Shown here piece by piece: positions 48,701 to 58,308 of a stretch of 64,000 nt of DNA. Source of the DNA: Sulfitobacter sp. (GTDB lineage: Bacteria > Pseudomonadota > Alphaproteobacteria > Rhodobacterales > Rhodobacteraceae); the NCBI GenBank assembly GCA_049794055.1, contig JBARCL010000128.1, positions 5,127 through 69,126 on the forward strand, read 5' to 3'. Every line of letters begins with the position of its first letter. Within the stretch, counting starts at the first letter, position 1. The notes beneath the pieces were generated by a model that was given only the letters and a program-made list of their open reading frames with translations, ran no database searches and was not told where the DNA came from. The translations under genes and the position numbers were made by a program.

Positions 48701-51219
48701 ACATCGTCAAACAACGCCTTGATCCCGATCATTGAATTGGCCGGTGCCACGGCTTTGCTGATCCGACGTTCAACCGGACGGCCCGACCCTTCTGCAACAC
48801 GCAGGGTTACCGCCGCGCTCAAGGGTGTTTGCGGGATTTCAGCCAGTTGTGGTAGTTGCAGGGGCATAGTGGCGCGACCCTGGGCGTTGGTGGTCGTTCC
48901 GGCAATCGCTTGCGTTTGCGTGCGGAAACCGGTGTCGTGGCGGCCAAACTTGTACCCGTCCCAGCCAGAGATATCACGTGTCGCGCTAAGCCGGACGTCA
49001 CCTTCAATTTTAAGATTGCTCCCCGGTGCCCCGAACAGATACCGCACATCAACGCTCAGTGGTGGTGTTTGTCCCAGACGTAGCGGCGGGTCAGGCAGGG
49101 TAATGTCAAAATCGATGCGTTCGGGCAGGAAATCCTCGACCAGCACGGTTTGGCTGGCCAGCGCCGGGGCCTCCAGATCGCTCAGGATATCTACCCGCCA
49201 CGCCCCCCGCGGCACATCGGCACCCAAAGGCAGGGCAAAGACATGCCCCCCCGCCTTGCTGTCGACGCTTAACTGGCGGCTGTATTCAACCCCGTCAGGT
49301 CGCTTGAGGATGGCAGTGACAGGCAGACCAAGGGAGGCCCGGGCCTGTCCGTCGCGGGTCAGGACGGTGGCGTAAATCGTTTCGCCCACGCGGTAAGCCC
49401 CCCGGTCCGTCGTGAGGAAGGTGTCGATGGGCGGGGCCGGCGGATGGCCTTCAACCCCTCTGTCGGACAGGTCAAACGCCGGATCTGTTAGTGGCAGGAA
49501 AGCAACGTCGGTGGTTCCGTCTTCGGCCATCAAAAGTGCGGGCCGCGCAGCGCCGCTTCCGCGGATCAGGCCCGCCGGAAACCGCGCAAAGCCGTCAGCA
49601 TCGGTGAGCGCGTCCCCAAGCACCGCATTGGCGCGGCTTATCAGGCTGATCTTGACCCCCGCCGCTGCGGAGGTATCCCCTAAACGGCGCACCGCCACCT
49701 GCATGCCATCGATGCCGCTCCACGTGGAAAGGCCCATATCCGACAGGACAAACCACTGCATCGCTGCGGGGCTTTCGTAACGGTCCTGCCCCGGCACCGC
49801 AGCGCTTAGCACATAAATACCGGCAGTTTGATCCGCGAGGGCATCTGCCATCGGCAAGCGCGTGGTCATATCGACGTTAAGTTCATTTGGCACCGTTGCT
49901 TCACCGGTCCAAACCTCTTGGGCCAAATCAGCTGCAAACCGGTCATCCTCGTTTGCGCTCAGCGGACGGCCAAAATAGCTTTCGCGGATCGCACGAACCA
50001 GATTGCGGTCACTGATACGGCGCAGGGACAGATCAAGGGTGGTGGCATTCACTGTCTCGACAGGCAGGGCGGCATCGGCACTGCGGGGCAAAACATACGC
50101 GCGGCCTGCAAAACGGACCGAGGGAGCGCGGTCGCGCACGTAAAGTTGCAGGGTGACATCCCTGTGCAGCGCTTCGCCGCTCGCAGCAGGCAAGCCTGCG
50201 CGCAGGGTCACCGTATACCTTGCGCCATGTTCCACACCATCGATACATAGTTGGCTGTCGTTGGTTTGCACGGCCAATCCGCGTCCTTCGACACGAACGA
50301 AAGGTTCGTAATCAATCCCCGCCTGCACGAGCTGTTCGGAAAACTCCGCACAAATGCGCGGCGCGGCAGCGTTATTGTCAACGCGGTGCTCAGTAACGCG
50401 AAAACCGTATTTGCCGATGGCCTCTTCAAGGGCACTTTCCAAATCATCGCGCGGGACAATGTCCAGCGCCAGACGCAAGGCAGGTATCATGTCGCGGCCC
50501 CGGTTATTGACCTCAAGTGCTTGGGCCATCAGCCGCAACACCTCGACCCGCAGGCCGGATTGATCCGCCCGCAGATAACCGTTTATCGCACCCTGCAACG
50601 CCGCAGAACGGGCTTTGCGACGCGCTGCATTCTGGCCGGATTCGGCTTGGATCAACGATAGTCGGGCATAGGTCGCCCAAAGGTCTGCGCGGTCCGACAA
50701 TGCAGCGGCCTTGCCTGCCCAGCGCAGCGCGGCAACGGTTTCGCCGGATTGTTCGGCACGGGTCATAGCTGCCGTCAAGTCATCCAGCGATTCAGCGTCA
50801 AAGCTGTAGTTCGCAGCATTGGTTGCAACACTATCACGGGCGGCAAAGAAATCATCCGTCGTCAGAAACGCAAGATCTGCCTGACGTGTGGCTTGCGCCT
50901 CGAGCGCCTTGGGATCAGTGGCTATTTTTCGGGCCGACACCGCCCCTGTGTAAGCTTGGCGATCAGTGATGGCAGATTTGGGAAAACAGGCGTTGTTGCG
51001 CACGTTGAACGTATAGGCAACGCAGGCTTCTTGCGCAGAGCAGGCCCGCGCACAAGCGGCTTGGGTGGTGTCGAACAGGTTCGCCAGATCCGCGCCAAAG
51101 AAATCCGTATCGCGGGTTTGCAGATACCGATGCTCTGGCAGGGCACCTTGGGCCGCTGCCGACGCAGCACCAAAGGCCAAAAGCGCCCACGTCAGTCCCG
51201 CCGCCAAAACCAAACGCAT
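45784..51219 (-). CDS. Bacterial alpha-2-macroglobulin with N-terminal PAN/Apple-like domain
   Basis: 1811 aa; thioester motif YPYGCTEQ; TDRGAYRVGE MG domain; C-terminal VEDMYRPE. Confidence 0.93.
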   Translation of the reverse strand: MRLVLAAGLTWALLAFGAASAAAQGALPEHRYLQTRDTDFFGADLANLFDTTQAACARACSAQEACVAYTFNVRNNACFPKSAITDRQAYTGAVSARKIATDPKALEAQATRQADLAFLTTDDFFAARDSVATNAANYSFDAESLDDLTAAMTRAEQSGETVAALRWAGKAAALSDRADLWATYARLSLIQAESGQNAARRKARSAALQGAINGYLRADQSGLRVEVLRLMAQALEVNNRGRDMIPALRLALDIVPRDDLESALEEAIGKYGFRVTEHRVDNNAAAPRICAEFSEQLVQAGIDYEPFVRVEGRGLAVQTNDSQLCIDGVEHGARYTVTLRAGLPAASGEALHRDVTLQLYVRDRAPSVRFAGRAYVLPRSADAALPVETVNATTLDLSLRRISDRNLVRAIRESYFGRPLSANEDDRFAADLAQEVWTGEATVPNELNVDMTTRLPMADALADQTAGIYVLSAAVPGQDRYESPAAMQWFVLSDMGLSTWSGIDGMQVAVRRLGDTSAAAGVKISLISRANAVLGDALTDADGFARFPAGLIRGSGAARPALLMAEDGTTDVAFLPLTDPAFDLSDRGVEGHPPAPPIDTFLTTDRGAYRVGETIYATVLTRDGQARASLGLPVTAILKRPDGVEYSRQLSVDSKAGGHVFALPLGADVPRGAWRVDILSDLEAPALASQTVLVEDFLPERIDFDITLPDPPLRLGQTPPLSVDVRYLFGAPGSNLKIEGDVRLSATRDISGWDGYKFGRHDTGFRTQTQAIAGTTTNAQGRATMPLQLPQLAEIPQTPLSAAVTLRVAEGSGRPVERRISKAVAPANSMIGIKALFDDVLPEGADAGFDLIAINPDGDAVQMPVRWTINKVETRYQWYQLYGNWEWEPVTRRIRVATGDLSLGAAPTRVTAPTEWGAYEIIVEHIGTAYAASSVAFASGWYSGDGATDTPDRLDMSLDAKTYKTGDTATLRLVAEGDGVAMISVLSNRVIERRFVPVSTGENTVALTVDAAWGTGAYITASVLRGMDVAAGMNPSRQLGLAHAAVAPADKKLSVRFDAPAQIDGQAGTLNASVLVDGIAKGQTAYVTLAAVDLGILNLTGFTGPNPTDHYFGQRRLGVELRDIYERLIDGMNGALGAVRSGGDAAASAQVQSPPPTEKLMAFFTGPVTVGPDGRADIEIVKPSFSGTIRLMAVAWSLDGVGDATFDVIAKDPVVVTASLPRFLAPNDSSRLLLELVRASGPTGDATLQIHADAGVGLGKFPSVVTLGEDATDRLEIPVTAREIGDHLITVVLTTPDGTELRKVLNMPVRENDPEVALTRQFSLGGGESFTFDSNVFAGLRAGTGLATLSAGPLARFDVPGLLQQLDRYPYGCTEQVTSGAMPLLYLSSVAQSAGLGEPARINYKISQAIARILTRQSSNGAFGLWRAESGDFWLDAYVTDFLSRARAQGHAVPDHAYALAMDNLRNRISYAPDFDQGGEDIAYALLVLARAGAASMGDLRYYADTKAPDFATPLALAQLGAALAAYGDPLRADAMFRKAGAMLAGATPSKQWRDDFGTPLRDTAAVLKLSAEAGSTALDPVALSASLRTGNSRLSTQEAAQVVLAAHAMNAPDAVAKLRVDGVTASGPVVKRLTAGDGGASLIENISDRAMDVTMTAYGVPEVAPAAGGYGYQITRRTFTMEGALVEGPVASGTRLVVVLKVTPFGEVGARLIVDDPLPAGFEIDNPNLLRSGEIDALDWLQTRDAENAEFRSDRFIAAVNHRQAEPFQLAYVVRAVTPGIYHQPAATVEDMYRPEYRANTATGSVTVTP

Positions 51220-51296
51220 CGAAATTCTCCTTCATTCTTTGAATCTTCTCAGCCTGACACGCAGATGGGTGCGCGGGCAAGTCCCGGCCACGCGGT

Positions 51297-51312
51297 TTAA
51301 GCCGATGTTCAC
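51297..51312 (+). promoter_or_regulatory. Candidate CtrA-binding site (TTAA-N7-TTCAC)
   Basis: One mismatch from TTAA-N7-TTAAC, about 48 nt upstream of the hybrid kinase start. Confidence 0.45.
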
Positions 51313-51359
51313 GCGTTTGCGCCAGTCTGTGCCCGACGAAGGGTCCGATCGGAGCGCGG

Positions 51360-53513
51360 ATGAGCCTTGCCAATAAACTTACCGAGGAACGGCGCAACCG
51401 GCTTGCCGCCGAGCGTATGCTCGAGCTGAAGAAGGCGGAACTCTTTGCTGCGAACCGGAAATTGGGCAAACATGCCCAGCAGCTGAGCGAGGAAATTGTC
51501 GAAACCCGCGCGCAGGTGGCGACGATCCGCGGTGAAAACCAGCGTGTCAAATCAGACCTGAACGTTGCCAACGAAAAAATCGCCATTGCAGAGCGGCGGT
51601 TGTGGCATTCTATCGAAACCATCAGCGACGGCTTTGCCTTTTTCAATGCCGACAACGAAATGATTATGGCCAACCGCGCATATCTGGCGATTTTCGACGG
51701 GCTTGAGATTGTTTGTCCGGGGGTAAATTACATCACCATCCTGCAGGTCTTGACGGATGAGGGGATCGTGAACACCGCCGATCTGTCCGCCGTAGACTGG
51801 CGTCAGATGATGGTCGAACGCATACAGCAGCGCGATCCGGAGCCGATTGTGATCCAGCTTTGGAACGGGAGCTTTATCAAACTGGTTGATCAACGCGGAC
51901 CCGAAGGTGACATGGTTTCGCTTGGCCTCGATATTACAGCGACGGTAAAATACGAGAAGCAGCTTAAGGAAGCACGGTCCATCGCGGAAAGTGCCAGCCG
52001 TGCCAAGTCTGCCTTCCTTGCCAATATGAGCCATGAAATTCGCACACCGATGAACGGCGTGATCGGGATGGCGGAACTGCTGAAAGAAAGTGATCTGGAC
52101 GAAGAGCAGCAACTTTATGTCGACACGATCAAAAACTCGGGCGAAGCCCTGTTGGTGATCATCAACGATGTGCTGGATTACTCCAAGATCGAAGCCCAGA
52201 AGCTGGAGCTGCACCCCCAGCCTTTCGATCTTGAGCGGGCCATTGTCGAGGTTCTGATGTTGCTGCAGACCACGGCACAGACCAAAGGGCTGCCGTTGCT
52301 GCTGGACTACGACCTTTTCTTGCCGACCATGATGGTGGGTGATCCTGGACGGGTGCGGCAGGTGATGACCAATCTGATTGGGAATGCGGTCAAGTTCACC
52401 AGCCAGGGACATGTGTTGATCCGTGTGACCGGCGTGCCTGATCCAGCACGCGGGACGTTGTCTTTGCATGTTGTGGTCGAAGACACCGGTATCGGGATTC
52501 CGCAAGATATGGTTGACCATATCTTCGGCGAATTCAATCAGGTTGAAAACGAACGCAATCGCCAGTTTGACGGCACCGGCCTTGGTCTTGCGATTTCGCA
52601 ACGGCTGGTTTCCATGATGAGCGGCGAAATCTGGGTGACTTCCGAAGACGGCGTCGGGTCCTGCTTCGGGTTTCGCGTGGAAATGGGCCTGACCGATGAA
52701 GGCACTATCCCTCAATGGCAGCCGCCGGCAGGCCTGCGTCATGCGCTGATTGTCGATGACGTTGACGTCAATCGCGCCATTTTGCGACGTCAGTTCGCGC
52801 AACTGGGTATCAAGGTCACAGCCTGCAACACAACCGAACAGGCCAAGGAGACTTTGGGCGACAATTTGGATCTTTTTCTGGCGCATCAGGACTGCGCACC
52901 GGCACTATTGACCCACCTGAACGAACTGGACCTGACCCTGCCGGTCATTGTTCTAAGCCCCAATCCAAGCAAGGCAATCGAGGCCTTTGATGAAAGGGTG
53001 GACGACATATTGCTCCATCCGCCGTCGCGCCAGATCCTGTTTGAAACCTTGGGTGCACTGACCTTTGAAGCACCTCACCTGGTGGCAAAAAACATCCGTT
53101 CTTCACAACGCCGCATGCGCATCCTTGCCGCCGAGGACAACAAGACCAACCAGTTGGTGTTTCGCAAGATGGTCAAGACGTTGAACATTGATCTGACCTT
53201 TGCGAACAACGGCGAAGAAGCCTTGAACCTGTTTCAGGAAATCGCGCCCGATCTGGTCTTTATGGATATTTCCATGCCCAAGATGGATGGCAAAGCGGCC
53301 ACCACCGCCATCCGCGCACTGGAAACCGGCCCGCGCACGCCGATAATTGCCGTGACCGCCCATGCGATGGACGGGGATGACACAGGAGTCCTTGCCGCCG
53401 GTTTGGACAAATACCTGACCAAACCCTTGCGCAAACCCTTGATACTGCAAGAAATAGAGGCCGTGCATGGTGGCAGGTTTGCGCCATTACAACTTGATCA
53501 GGACGACGGATAG
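51360..53513 (+). CDS. Soluble hybrid sensor histidine kinase (coiled coil, PAS-like, HisKA, HATPase, pseudo-REC, REC)
   Basis: FLANMSHEIRTPMN H-box; NLIGNAVKFT, DTGIGI, GTGLGL; C-terminal REC with AED..MDISMP..KP. Confidence 0.92.
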   Translation: MSLANKLTEERRNRLAAERMLELKKAELFAANRKLGKHAQQLSEEIVETRAQVATIRGENQRVKSDLNVANEKIAIAERRLWHSIETISDGFAFFNADNEMIMANRAYLAIFDGLEIVCPGVNYITILQVLTDEGIVNTADLSAVDWRQMMVERIQQRDPEPIVIQLWNGSFIKLVDQRGPEGDMVSLGLDITATVKYEKQLKEARSIAESASRAKSAFLANMSHEIRTPMNGVIGMAELLKESDLDEEQQLYVDTIKNSGEALLVIINDVLDYSKIEAQKLELHPQPFDLERAIVEVLMLLQTTAQTKGLPLLLDYDLFLPTMMVGDPGRVRQVMTNLIGNAVKFTSQGHVLIRVTGVPDPARGTLSLHVVVEDTGIGIPQDMVDHIFGEFNQVENERNRQFDGTGLGLAISQRLVSMMSGEIWVTSEDGVGSCFGFRVEMGLTDEGTIPQWQPPAGLRHALIVDDVDVNRAILRRQFAQLGIKVTACNTTEQAKETLGDNLDLFLAHQDCAPALLTHLNELDLTLPVIVLSPNPSKAIEAFDERVDDILLHPPSRQILFETLGALTFEAPHLVAKNIRSSQRRMRILAAEDNKTNQLVFRKMVKTLNIDLTFANNGEEALNLFQEIAPDLVFMDISMPKMDGKAATTAIRALETGPRTPIIAVTAHAMDGDDTGVLAAGLDKYLTKPLRKPLILQEIEAVHGGRFAPLQLDQDDG

Positions 53514-54277
53514 TCACGTAGGAAAACAGGTTTCTGCGACGTTGATACATCCGCTTGATAGGCATAGCCGCCGGTGTCAAAATCCTTGATCGCCTCGGGG
53601 TCTGTCAGCCGGTTCTGGATGATAAACCGGGCCATGGCGCCACGGGCCTTTTTGGCGAAAAAGCTAACGATTTTAGGGCCCTTGCCGTCGCGTTTATCTT
53701 CCATAAACTGTGGCGTGATCACCCGCAGTTTCAACGCCTTGGGGGATACTGCGCCGAAATATTCCTGACTGGCGCAGTTGATCAAGACATCGCTGCCAAC
53801 CGCGTCGCCCTGCGCGTTCAATGCCTTGGACAGATCATCACGCCAATACTCATAGAGGTTCGCGCCGCGCCGCGTTTTTAACTTGCTACCCATTTCAAGC
53901 CGGTAAGGCTGGATCGCATCCAAAGGGCGCAACACGCCGTATAGCCCGGACAAAATGCGCAGATGGTCTTGCGCCCAACTCAGTTCGTCCGGATCAAGGC
54001 TTCCCGCCTCAAGCCCCTGATAGGTGTCACCGGCAAACGCCAGCGCGGCAGGGCGCACCAGATCGGACGATGGCTCGGCTTGGAATGTTTGAAACCGGTC
54101 GCGGTTAAGGCGCGCCAGATCATCACTCAGATGCATGAGGTCTTTCAACTTGCCCAGCGTGAGATTGCGGGCGGTCGTCGCCAATCGCACGGCATCTTCC
54201 TGAAAATCTGGCTGCGTCACGCGAACATCACGTGCTTCCCAATCGAGCTTTTTGGCAGGTGAAATTACAACCAGCAT
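53498..54277 (-). CDS. yaaA: Peroxide stress protein YaaA
   Basis: ISPAK, ILSGLYG, YRLEMG, AKKARGAMAR. Confidence 0.92.
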   Translation of the reverse strand: MLVVISPAKKLDWEARDVRVTQPDFQEDAVRLATTARNLTLGKLKDLMHLSDDLARLNRDRFQTFQAEPSSDLVRPAALAFAGDTYQGLEAGSLDPDELSWAQDHLRILSGLYGVLRPLDAIQPYRLEMGSKLKTRRGANLYEYWRDDLSKALNAQGDAVGSDVLINCASQEYFGAVSPKALKLRVITPQFMEDKRDGKGPKIVSFFAKKARGAMARFIIQNRLTDPEAIKDFDTGGYAYQADVSTSQKPVFLRDYPSS

Positions 54278-54339
54278 CTTGGTCCCCCATGTTGACTTGG
54301 TTCAGAGATAACGCGGTGAACCGTGATCACAAGGGGCGA

Positions 54340-56385
54340 TTAACCTGCCTCGCGCAGCACATCCAGAAACGCTGGGCCAAAACGCGATGCGCGACGTTCG
54401 CCAAGCAAGCGGTCGATGGCGGTTTTGTCCGCATTGCGCAGTTGGGCAACCTTCGCCAACAGAGAGGCCGAACAGCTTAGTGGCTTGTCCCCTCCGGCCT
54501 CGCCGCGCGTCAGATCCGCCTGCACTTGCAGCAGTTGGTCATAAACGTTGCCCGCTTCGCGTCCTGCCAGTTTGCGGCGTGTCGGATGCATGCCCGCAGC
54601 TTCACCGTTAATCACCTCAAGAAAGGCCAATCCATAGGTGTCGAGTTTCTTGGCCCCGATCCCGCTGATCCCTGCCATCCCGTCCAGATCAAGGGGGCGT
54701 TTCTCGGCCATCTCGATCAAAGTGCGGTCGGTAAAGATGATATAGGCAGGCACCCGTGCCGCTTCGGCCAGACCGCGCCGTTTGGCCTTGAGTGCAGAGA
54801 GCAGAGGCGCGTCTTCTTCACTGACCATCTGTTTCACAGCAGGTCGGCGGTTGGCCCCCGCCGTTTTGATGGAATCGCGGCGCAGGCTGATCTTGGCTTC
54901 GTCGCGCAGGATCGGCAGAGCGGCATCGGTCATCCGCAGCGCGCCATGGCGTTCGGGGTCGGGTCGGATCAAGTCATGGCCCATCATCTGGCGGAACACA
55001 GCCTGCCATTGACGCCGATCATATTCACCGCCCACACCAAATGTCGGCAGGCTGGCATGGCCGCGCGCCTTGACCTTATCAGTTTCAACGCCCAGCAGAA
55101 TATCGATCAGATGGCCCGCGCCAAACCATTCTTCGGTGCGCAGGATTGCGGACAGCGCCTTGCGCACGGCAGTGGTCCCATCGAACACATCGGCAGGCGT
55201 GTCACACAGATCGCAGCGCCCGCAGGTGATTTCGGTTTCGTCAAAGTAGCCCAGCAGGCTTTTGCGGCGGCATTCCAGTGCTTCGGCCAGACCCAGCAAG
55301 GCATTGAGCCGTCCGTGATCCGCAGCGCGCCGTTCGGGCGGGGCCAGCCCTTCGTCAATCTGGGTCCGGCGCAGGCGAATATCGTCGGGACCGTAAAGCG
55401 TCAGCGTTTCGGCAGGTGCCCCATCACGGCCTGCGCGGCCGATTTCTTGATAGTATGCCTCAATTGATTTGGGCAGATCGGCATGAGCGACCCAACGAAT
55501 ATCGGGTTTGTCGACACCCATACCAAAGGCCACCGTAGCGCAGACAATCAAACCGTCCTCTTGTTGGAACCGGCGTTCCGCGATGCGGCGATCTTCGGCC
55601 TCCATGCCGCCGTGATAGTGAATCGCCTTTTGCCCAGCTTCACGCAGTGCCCGCGCAATCCCTTCGGTCTTGGCCCGGGTGCCACAATAAACGATGCCAG
55701 ACTGACCTTTGCGCGCAGCCGCGAAGTTCAGGATCTGGTCACGTGGTTTGTTTTTCGCTTGAAATGCCAGATGGATGTTGGGGCGGTCAAAGCCACCCAG
55801 AAAAGCCGTCGGATCAACACCGTCGAACAGTTTTTGCACAATCTCGGCGCGGGTTTCGGCGTCTGCTGTGGCAGTAAAGGCGGCCAAAGGCACATTCAGG
55901 TGACGGCGCAATTCGCCAATGCGCAGATAGTCGGGGCGAAAATCATGGCCCCACTGGCTGACGCAATGGGCCTCGTCCACGGCGATCATGTTCACGCCCA
56001 CACGCTTCAACATGCCGGTGACCGAACCCGCGGCAAGCCGTTCGGGAGCCATATAAAGGAGCTTGAGCGTGCCGTCTTCAAGACCCTGCCAGACGGCGCC
56101 TGTCTCTTCTTCGGTATTGCCAGAGGTTAACGCGCCGGCACCGACACCCGCTTCTTGTAAGGATCGCACTTGATCGCGCATCAACGCAATCAGGGGGGAA
56201 ATTACCACCGTGACCCCCTCGCGCATCAGAGCAGGCAACTGAAAACAAAGTGATTTACCGCCGCCTGTCGGCATGATGGCCAGTACATTTTCGCCAGCGG
56301 TCACCGCCTCAACAATCTCTTGTTGACCGGGGCGAAAACCGTCAAATCCAAAGACATCACGTAAAAGCGTGGCAGCGCCGATCAT
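54340..56385 (-). CDS. recQ: DNA helicase RecQ
   Basis: MPTGGGKS, DEAHCVSQWGHDFRP, QEIGRAGRDG, RQC zinc cysteines, HRDC. Confidence 0.97.
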   Translation of the reverse strand: MIGAATLLRDVFGFDGFRPGQQEIVEAVTAGENVLAIMPTGGGKSLCFQLPALMREGVTVVISPLIALMRDQVRSLQEAGVGAGALTSGNTEEETGAVWQGLEDGTLKLLYMAPERLAAGSVTGMLKRVGVNMIAVDEAHCVSQWGHDFRPDYLRIGELRRHLNVPLAAFTATADAETRAEIVQKLFDGVDPTAFLGGFDRPNIHLAFQAKNKPRDQILNFAAARKGQSGIVYCGTRAKTEGIARALREAGQKAIHYHGGMEAEDRRIAERRFQQEDGLIVCATVAFGMGVDKPDIRWVAHADLPKSIEAYYQEIGRAGRDGAPAETLTLYGPDDIRLRRTQIDEGLAPPERRAADHGRLNALLGLAEALECRRKSLLGYFDETEITCGRCDLCDTPADVFDGTTAVRKALSAILRTEEWFGAGHLIDILLGVETDKVKARGHASLPTFGVGGEYDRRQWQAVFRQMMGHDLIRPDPERHGALRMTDAALPILRDEAKISLRRDSIKTAGANRRPAVKQMVSEEDAPLLSALKAKRRGLAEAARVPAYIIFTDRTLIEMAEKRPLDLDGMAGISGIGAKKLDTYGLAFLEVINGEAAGMHPTRRKLAGREAGNVYDQLLQVQADLTRGEAGGDKPLSCSASLLAKVAQLRNADKTAIDRLLGERRASRFGPAFLDVLREAG

Positions 56386-56468
56386 GTGGGAACCCTGTTT
56401 AATTTTCTGCTCTTTTTATGCAGAATCCCACACTAACAACCTATGAACAAGCCCAAAGGCCTGCTGGT

Positions 56469-56756
56469 TCAATAGAAGGCCGCCGCATTATTGACCAAGA
56501 TGATCCGCGCTACTGCGACAGCGATCAACAGCGCCAAAGGTGCCAGATCAAGCCCGCCAATCTGCGGAAGTACAGACCGCATGCGGCTATAAATCGGCTC
56601 CAACAGGCGGTTCAGCCCATCCCAGATCTGGGCAACCAACGGCTGGCGCAGGTTCAAGACCTGGAAGTTGATGAGCCAGGACATGATGACATGCGCGATC
56701 ACGATGAAATAGACGATGTTGAGCAACAGCATCAGAATTTGAAAGATCGAGGTCAT
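56469..56756 (-). CDS. yggT: YggT family membrane protein
   Basis: IMSWL..LLEPIY..R..LP..GGLDLAP. Confidence 0.88.
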   Translation of the reverse strand: MTSIFQILMLLLNIVYFIVIAHVIMSWLINFQVLNLRQPLVAQIWDGLNRLLEPIYSRMRSVLPQIGGLDLAPLALLIAVAVARIILVNNAAAFY

Positions 56757-56934
56757 GTCGTGCCCTTCTTTTGAACCAATGACGCTCAGTTAAGCCCGCC
56801 GTCATAATTCCGCAAGAGCGCAGCAGGGATCAGGATCAATACGCACCTTGTTTGGATCGCAAATCACACACAGTCCCTTGCGTGAAGCCGACGCGCCTGC
56901 TCTATCTGACCTGAGGTCAAACAGGGGCGGAACA

Positions 56935-58308
56935 ATGGCAACAATCACGGCGCGCAAACGCATTTGGGGATGGTATTTCTTTGATTGGGCCAGCCAGCCC
57001 TACAATACATTGATGCTGACTTTTATCTTTGGTCCATACTTCGCCCAGACCGCGACCAACGCCCTGATCGACGGGGGCATGGCAGTTGATGCGGCCAAGG
57101 CGCAAGCCCAAGCCTATTGGGGATATGGGCTAACGGTGGCAGGCATTTCCATCGCGGTTTTGGCGCCAGTTTTGGGCGCCATCGCGGACAGCACTGGTAA
57201 ACGTATGCCTTGGATCTGGCTGTTCTCGGCGCTTTACGTCATCGGGTCCGCCGCGCTTTGGTGGACAGCACCACAAGGTTTTTCCGTGCTTTGGGCACTG
57301 TTCTTTTTTGGCATCGGCCTGATCGGGATGGAGTTTGCTACGATCTTTACCAACTCCTACCTGCCAGAGCTGGACCCCGATCCGTCAGAACGCGGGCGCA
57401 TCTCGGGTTCTGGCTGGGCTTTTGGCTATGTCGGGGGGCTTGTCGCCTTGATCGCGATGCTCCTGTTATTTCAAGCCGGCGACAACGGGAAGACCATGGC
57501 GGGGCTTTCCCCGTTTCTAGGGCTTGATCCTGAAACCAAGGCGGATACGCGCATCGTCGGGCCGCTTTCTGCGGTGTGGTTTGCGCTCTTTATGATCCCG
57601 TTTTTTCTCTATACCCGTGACGACCCTTCCGCGCCCAATAGCGGGATGAAACTGGGACAGGCTTTGACAGATCTCAAACAAACACTGCGTAACCTACCCC
57701 GCCATCCGTCACTGATGGCCTATTTGGGATCGTCGATGTTTTACCGTGATGCGCTGAACGGGATGTACACTTTTGGCGGCATCTATGCACTTGGCGTATT
57801 GAACTGGTCGATCCGCGATATCGGCATTTTCGGCATTCTTGCCGTCCTTTCTGGCGCGATTTTCTGTTGGGTGGGCGGCCGGGTCGACCGGCGGATCGGG
57901 CCGATGCCAGTGATCGTGTTTTGTTGTGTGACCCTGATCATAACGGCCATCATGATTATCTCGCTCACCCCGACTTCCGTTATGTGGATCGCTGTGGCGG
58001 AGGGGTCTGCGGCCCCTGACATCGCCTTTTACGTTGCCGGTGCCCTGATTGGTGCGGCTGGTGGCGCACTTCAGGCATCTTCGCGTAACATGCTGACCTA
58101 TCAGGGCGATCCAGAACGGATGACCGAAGCCTTTGGCCTTTATGCGCTCTCGGGCAAAGCGACATCCTTCCTTGCCCCCGCACTGATTGCCGTCGCCACC
58201 GACCTGACGGGCAGTCAAAGATTGGGCATCACCCCTGTTGTAGGTCTGTTCATCATTGGTCTGATACTGTTAGCATGGGTGAAAAGAGACGGAGATTTTA
58301 CCAAATGA
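56935..58308 (+). CDS. MFS transporter (UMF1/Atg22-like)
   Basis: WYFFDWASQPY, PVLGAIAD, GWAFGYVGG, EAFGLYAL; about 12 TM helices. Confidence 0.85.
   Translation: MATITARKRIWGWYFFDWASQPYNTLMLTFIFGPYFAQTATNALIDGGMAVDAAKAQAQAYWGYGLTVAGISIAVLAPVLGAIADSTGKRMPWIWLFSALYVIGSAALWWTAPQGFSVLWALFFFGIGLIGMEFATIFTNSYLPELDPDPSERGRISGSGWAFGYVGGLVALIAMLLLFQAGDNGKTMAGLSPFLGLDPETKADTRIVGPLSAVWFALFMIPFFLYTRDDPSAPNSGMKLGQALTDLKQTLRNLPRHPSLMAYLGSSMFYRDALNGMYTFGGIYALGVLNWSIRDIGIFGILAVLSGAIFCWVGGRVDRRIGPMPVIVFCCVTLIITAIMIISLTPTSVMWIAVAEGSAAPDIAFYVAGALIGAAGGALQASSRNMLTYQGDPERMTEAFGLYALSGKATSFLAPALIAVATDLTGSQRLGITPVVGLFIIGLILLAWVKRDGDFTK

Noticed and set aside
51552..52886. 444-aa ORF antisense to the hybrid kinase
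   Set aside because: Codon-mirror shadow of a conserved kinase; no independent features.
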